Shown: piece by piece, positions 56,918 to 60,309 of the stretch
Layout of the letters: each line of letters opens with the position of its first letter
Position numbering within the stretch: the stretch's first letter is position 1
NCBI GenBank assembly: GCA_938091905.1
Contig: CALKOM010000027.1
Span: 1 to 60,309 of the forward strand
DNA from: an uncultured Verrucomicrobiales bacterium
GTDB taxonomy: Bacteria > Verrucomicrobiota > Verrucomicrobiia > Verrucomicrobiales > DEV007
Direction: 5' to 3'
Length of the DNA stretch: 60,309 bases
Translations under genes and position numbers: made by a program
Notes under the pieces: model-generated
What the model was told of the DNA's origin: nothing
The model's database searches: none
What the model saw: only the letters and a program-made list of their open reading frames with translations

Positions 56918-59646
56918 GGCAGAAAGGCAAACTCGTTAGAATTCATCAGGCTGCGACAAACAAGCTCGAGTTCCGTGTCTTCACAGGCTGCAAGTTCATC
57001 CGCAACGGGTGCCCGTCCGAGCAGTAGCTGGAAGGCTCGAGTGACAGGGTCCGCGCTGCCCTCCGCCCGCGCACGCTCAGCGATAAACTTTGCTTGCTCA
57101 ATAACAAAGTCGCTATTCATGAGATTCAATGCCTGCAAGGGCGTGGTCGAAACAGGCCGCTTTGCCCGTACCTGACCACAATCAGGGAAATCGAAGGCTG
57201 TGAACATCTTATCATCAACCCGACGATAGCGTTCTTGATAGAGCATGCGTCTCCACGTATTGGGACCATGGTTATTGACGACCTCCCACTGCGCGTAGGT
57301 CTTTTTCACATTGTGAATCCGATAACTAGGACCACCAATGCGACGATCCAGCTTATCCGAGGCCTGAAGGATCCCATCGCGAATGACTTCAGCTTCCATC
57401 CGGCGAGGCGGATAGCGCCAGAGCAATGCTGAACCGGCGTCTGCCCGCAACGCTACCTCAGATGGGTGGCTGGCCCGACGAAACGCATCGGTCATCACAA
57501 GCCTTCGAACCATGCCCTTCATGGACCAAGGAGTCCCCTCGGCACCACTCGGCTCAACAAACTCAGCAGCTAGCCAATCAAGTAGTTCGGGGTGAGTCGG
57601 CATCGCTCCTGCCAAGCCGAAGTCACTGCTCGTAGGTACGATGCCTGCACCGAAGACATGATGCCAAAGGCGGTTTACAATCACGCGGGCAGTGAGTGGA
57701 TGGCCAGGATCGGTGAGCCATTCCGCAAATTGCAGGCGGCGTTTTGCATCAGGCGCGTTTGATTCGAGTCCGAGGTCGCCTTTCAAGATATCGAAGCCAG
57801 CGGGAGCCACTTCATCCCGTGGATTCTCAGGACTCCCGCGATGCAATATATGGGTAACTCCTGGTTGCTTGAATTGGCCTACAAAGCTATGCCGCGGCCC
57901 TTCCTCTTTCAGTTTAGCAATCTGTTCATGGAGCCTAGCAGACGCCCTCTTCATCGCCGGCTTCTGATTTAAGTTCTTTCGGGCCTGTTGGCTGTTTCCG
58001 ACCTCCTTCCAACTCCCATCTGACTGCATCGTAGAGATTCGCACGGCGGGAAAAGTGCCAGACGGCATCTTCTCCAAATAGTCTGTTTCGAAGTAGTACT
58101 CCCGATTACTGCTGAACCGAAATCGACTGACCTCGTGAGGCTCTTTGAAGTGAACCTCAACCCACGGTTTCACCTTGCTGCCTTCCGGCGCGCGAGACTT
58201 CCACGTCATGGTACCGTAGATGCCATCGTTCGCATTCTTCAGGTCACCTCGAAGTTGCGTCATGCTAGGATTGGTGACAAGCGATGCACCATTCGAAGCA
58301 AGGGCCACGTTTCGATAGTAATCATCTGGGCCAAAGAGCTCTAGCTCATCCACAAAGGCAGCCTTATTCTGAAACTCGATGCGCACCGCATTGGTCGTCG
58401 TGGCAGGGAACTGCACTTCGGCAAAGCCACCCCAATTCTCTTCCCACACGCCGAGAAACTTCCGCAGCGTGGCCCGTTCTTTGAACATCTTAGCCCCAAT
58501 AACTTGAGCGCGCTCTCTACGAGGATGATCTGCAGAGAATTCAGGAACCCGCCCGCCAAACTCGACGCCCTGAAAGACCGCTGTGAGTGCATAGTAGTCC
58601 TTGATCGAGATGGGATCGAACTTGTGATTATGACAGCGCGCGCAACCTACCGTGACCCCAAGCATGGATGCTCCCACCGTTTGCATGATCTCATCCATAC
58701 GATCCGCGCGCGCCTGGCGAATGGCTGTCTCCTCCTGGCCAACCGTAGCCGCAGGCACATGCGGTCCGGCCACGAGAAAGCCCGTGGCGTCACCACAGCC
58801 TAACTGATCCCCTGCCAGCTGCTCCCTGACAAAGCGATCGTAAGGAAGATCCTCATTGAACGCACGAATGACATAGTCGCGATAGATCCAGGCGTTCTTG
58901 CGATAGAGATTTGACTCGGAGCCATTCGTTTCGGCCCAACGAATCACATCGAGCCAATGTTGCGCCCAGCGTTCACCAAAGTGTTTGGACACAAGCAGTT
59001 CGTCCACCAGCTCTGCGTAAGCAGCGTCTGAATCCTGTGCACACGTTTCCTCAAAAGTCGCCACGCGTTCAGGCGTCGGAGGCAAGCCTGTCAATACAAT
59101 CGAGACGCGACGAATCAAGGATCGCGCATCGGCTGGTCCGTTCGCCTCAATCCCAACGTCCTTCAGCTCTGCGATGAGAAACGCATCCACCGGCTTGTTA
59201 GCACCACTCGGAACAGCCGGTCGGATCACCGATTGGAACGACCAGTGGTCTGTGGTGACCTCAGCTACTTCGTCCATCTGGCCAGGCCATTCAGCTCCGC
59301 CCTCGATCCACTTCACCAATAGGGCAATCTGGTCACTTGTCAGCGGTTCACCCTTTGGCGGCATGATTTCATCTGGATCTGTTCCTTTGACGAGATCGAT
59401 CAAGTGGCTCTTCGTCGGATCACCAGGCACGATGCTAGGCATACCACTATCCCCACCCCTTACCAAGAGCGCCCGCTTGTCGACACGGAGCTTTGACTTC
59501 TGCTTGTCAGGGCCATGGCAGTCGAGGCAATTCTCTTCAAGGATCAGCCTAATTTCCGTCTCATAGTCGGCCGCGCGAGAAGACCAGGGAAGGACGTAGG
59601 TGTACAGGAAACAGGCACCGAGTAAACGGCAGAAGGTAGGTCTCAT
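56914..59646 (-). CDS. Planctomycete cytochrome c / DUF1549 / DUF1553 protein
   Basis: CLDCH...MPP, HWSF, WLDVIRWAE, CARCHNHKFDPI, PLTARVIVNRLW, THPELLDWLA and QALNLMN. Confidence 0.92.
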   Translation of the reverse strand: MRPTFCRLLGACFLYTYVLPWSSRAADYETEIRLILEENCLDCHGPDKQKSKLRVDKRALLVRGGDSGMPSIVPGDPTKSHLIDLVKGTDPDEIMPPKGEPLTSDQIALLVKWIEGGAEWPGQMDEVAEVTTDHWSFQSVIRPAVPSGANKPVDAFLIAELKDVGIEANGPADARSLIRRVSIVLTGLPPTPERVATFEETCAQDSDAAYAELVDELLVSKHFGERWAQHWLDVIRWAETNGSESNLYRKNAWIYRDYVIRAFNEDLPYDRFVREQLAGDQLGCGDATGFLVAGPHVPAATVGQEETAIRQARADRMDEIMQTVGASMLGVTVGCARCHNHKFDPISIKDYYALTAVFQGVEFGGRVPEFSADHPRRERAQVIGAKMFKERATLRKFLGVWEENWGGFAEVQFPATTTNAVRIEFQNKAAFVDELELFGPDDYYRNVALASNGASLVTNPSMTQLRGDLKNANDGIYGTMTWKSRAPEGSKVKPWVEVHFKEPHEVSRFRFSSNREYYFETDYLEKMPSGTFPAVRISTMQSDGSWKEVGNSQQARKNLNQKPAMKRASARLHEQIAKLKEEGPRHSFVGQFKQPGVTHILHRGSPENPRDEVAPAGFDILKGDLGLESNAPDAKRRLQFAEWLTDPGHPLTARVIVNRLWHHVFGAGIVPTSSDFGLAGAMPTHPELLDWLAAEFVEPSGAEGTPWSMKGMVRRLVMTDAFRRASHPSEVALRADAGSALLWRYPPRRMEAEVIRDGILQASDKLDRRIGGPSYRIHNVKKTYAQWEVVNNHGPNTWRRMLYQERYRRVDDKMFTAFDFPDCGQVRAKRPVSTTPLQALNLMNSDFVIEQAKFIAERARAEGSADPVTRAFQLLLGRAPVADELAACEDTELELVCRSLMNSNEFAFLP

Positions 59647-59734
59647 TTTAAGGGAAGTGCTCTAAGCGTAGGAACCAATCGAAGCTGCGGCAAGCCGCTG
59701 CGCGATAGAATGATACATGCTCTCCTATTCTGCG

Positions 59735-59756
59735 TCGTCGACAGACCTGCCGACGA
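59735..59756. promoter_or_regulatory. Palindrome, candidate BlaI-family operator
   Basis: TCGTCGACAG-AC-CTGCCGACGA (9 of 10 positions inverted-complementary) in the divergent gap upstream of blaI. Confidence 0.45.
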
Positions 59757-59818
59757 ATATTTCTTAAATACCGCGCCTTCTCAAATCAAGCAGCCGATTA
59801 CTTTTTTAGCTTTAAGAG

Positions 59819-60223
59819 ATGGCTAAGAAGAAACAGATTCGTGATGGGCAAGATGGTGCCCTCACGCGGAGAGAAAACCAGGTCATGGATATTGTTTACG
59901 CAGGACGAGCGGCATCAGAGAGAGACATTCATGAAAAGTTGGCGGACCCTCCCACTTACTCTACCGTTCGCACTCTCTTGGGAGTGCTAGAGCGCAAAGG
60001 CCATTTGCTTCGACAAAAGGACGGAAGACGATTCGTCTACACAGCGCGATGGCAACGGGAGAAAGCCGCCGACTCCGCTCTTCGCCGAATTGTAGAGACC
60101 TTCTTCGATGGTTCCGTAGGACAAGCGGTCTCCGGTCTCTTGAACATGAAGGACCAAGAACTCGGCTCCGAAGACATCGCGCGAATTGAACGAAAAATCG
60201 AGGAGGCGAAACGCAACCGATGA
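59819..60223 (+). CDS. BlaI/MecI/CopY-family transcriptional repressor
   Basis: LTRRENQVMDIVY, YSTVRTLL..LERKG, GRRFVY and FFDGS. Confidence 0.92.
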   Translation: MAKKKQIRDGQDGALTRRENQVMDIVYAGRAASERDIHEKLADPPTYSTVRTLLGVLERKGHLLRQKDGRRFVYTARWQREKAADSALRRIVETFFDGSVGQAVSGLLNMKDQELGSEDIARIERKIEEAKRNR

Positions 60224-60309
60224 ATTTCGATCCCCTGACAATCACTCACTTGCATCCTGTATGGCTTGCTAGTCTCCGCGGGATGGTCATTCTACTTGTC
60301 TGCCATCTG
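60220..60309 (+). CDS. Probable BlaR1/M56 membrane peptidase, 5' end only (runs off the window)
   Basis: ATGA overlap with the blaI stop; open hydrophobic frame MNFDPLT...WLASLRGMVILLVCHL; usual gene pairing. Confidence 0.55.
   Translation, partial: MNFDPLTITHLHPVWLASLRGMVILLVCHL

Overview
About 60 kb of bacterial chromosome, most consistent with Verrucomicrobiota: a fused murC-murB, a LysM gene between murD and ftsW, DUF1549/DUF1553 plus DUF1501 genes and several sulfatases. Left part: pepP, a PD-(D/E)XK nuclease-DinG helicase fusion, a sigma-70 factor, an OmpR-type two-component system, a TPR protein, nadD, a flavodoxin-less CysJ-like reductase and a selenocysteine-type tRNA (UCA anticodon) not shown by the ORF track. 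The tRNA is followed by an accessory stretch (vanadium haloperoxidase-like protein, sulfatase, fabH pseudogene with ACP, REP doublet, S46 peptidase, histidine kinase pseudogene). Centre: trhO and a complete dcw cluster (mraZ to ftsZ) whose FtsZ is unusually long and divergent. Right part: envelope proteins, an NRAMP-like transporter, a 1509-aa secreted metalloprotease, a sulfatase/esterase/DUF1501/DUF1553 cluster and blaI with a truncated blaR-like gene. The most striking structure is a GxxExxY nuclease gene bracketed by perfect 29-bp inverted repeats built from (ACGCAGAG)n units. A short nuclease-less copy lies 1.6 kb away, and the two elements enclose a sulfatase that splits the DUF1553-DUF1501 pair. 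All calls come from motif reading only; no database searches were run.
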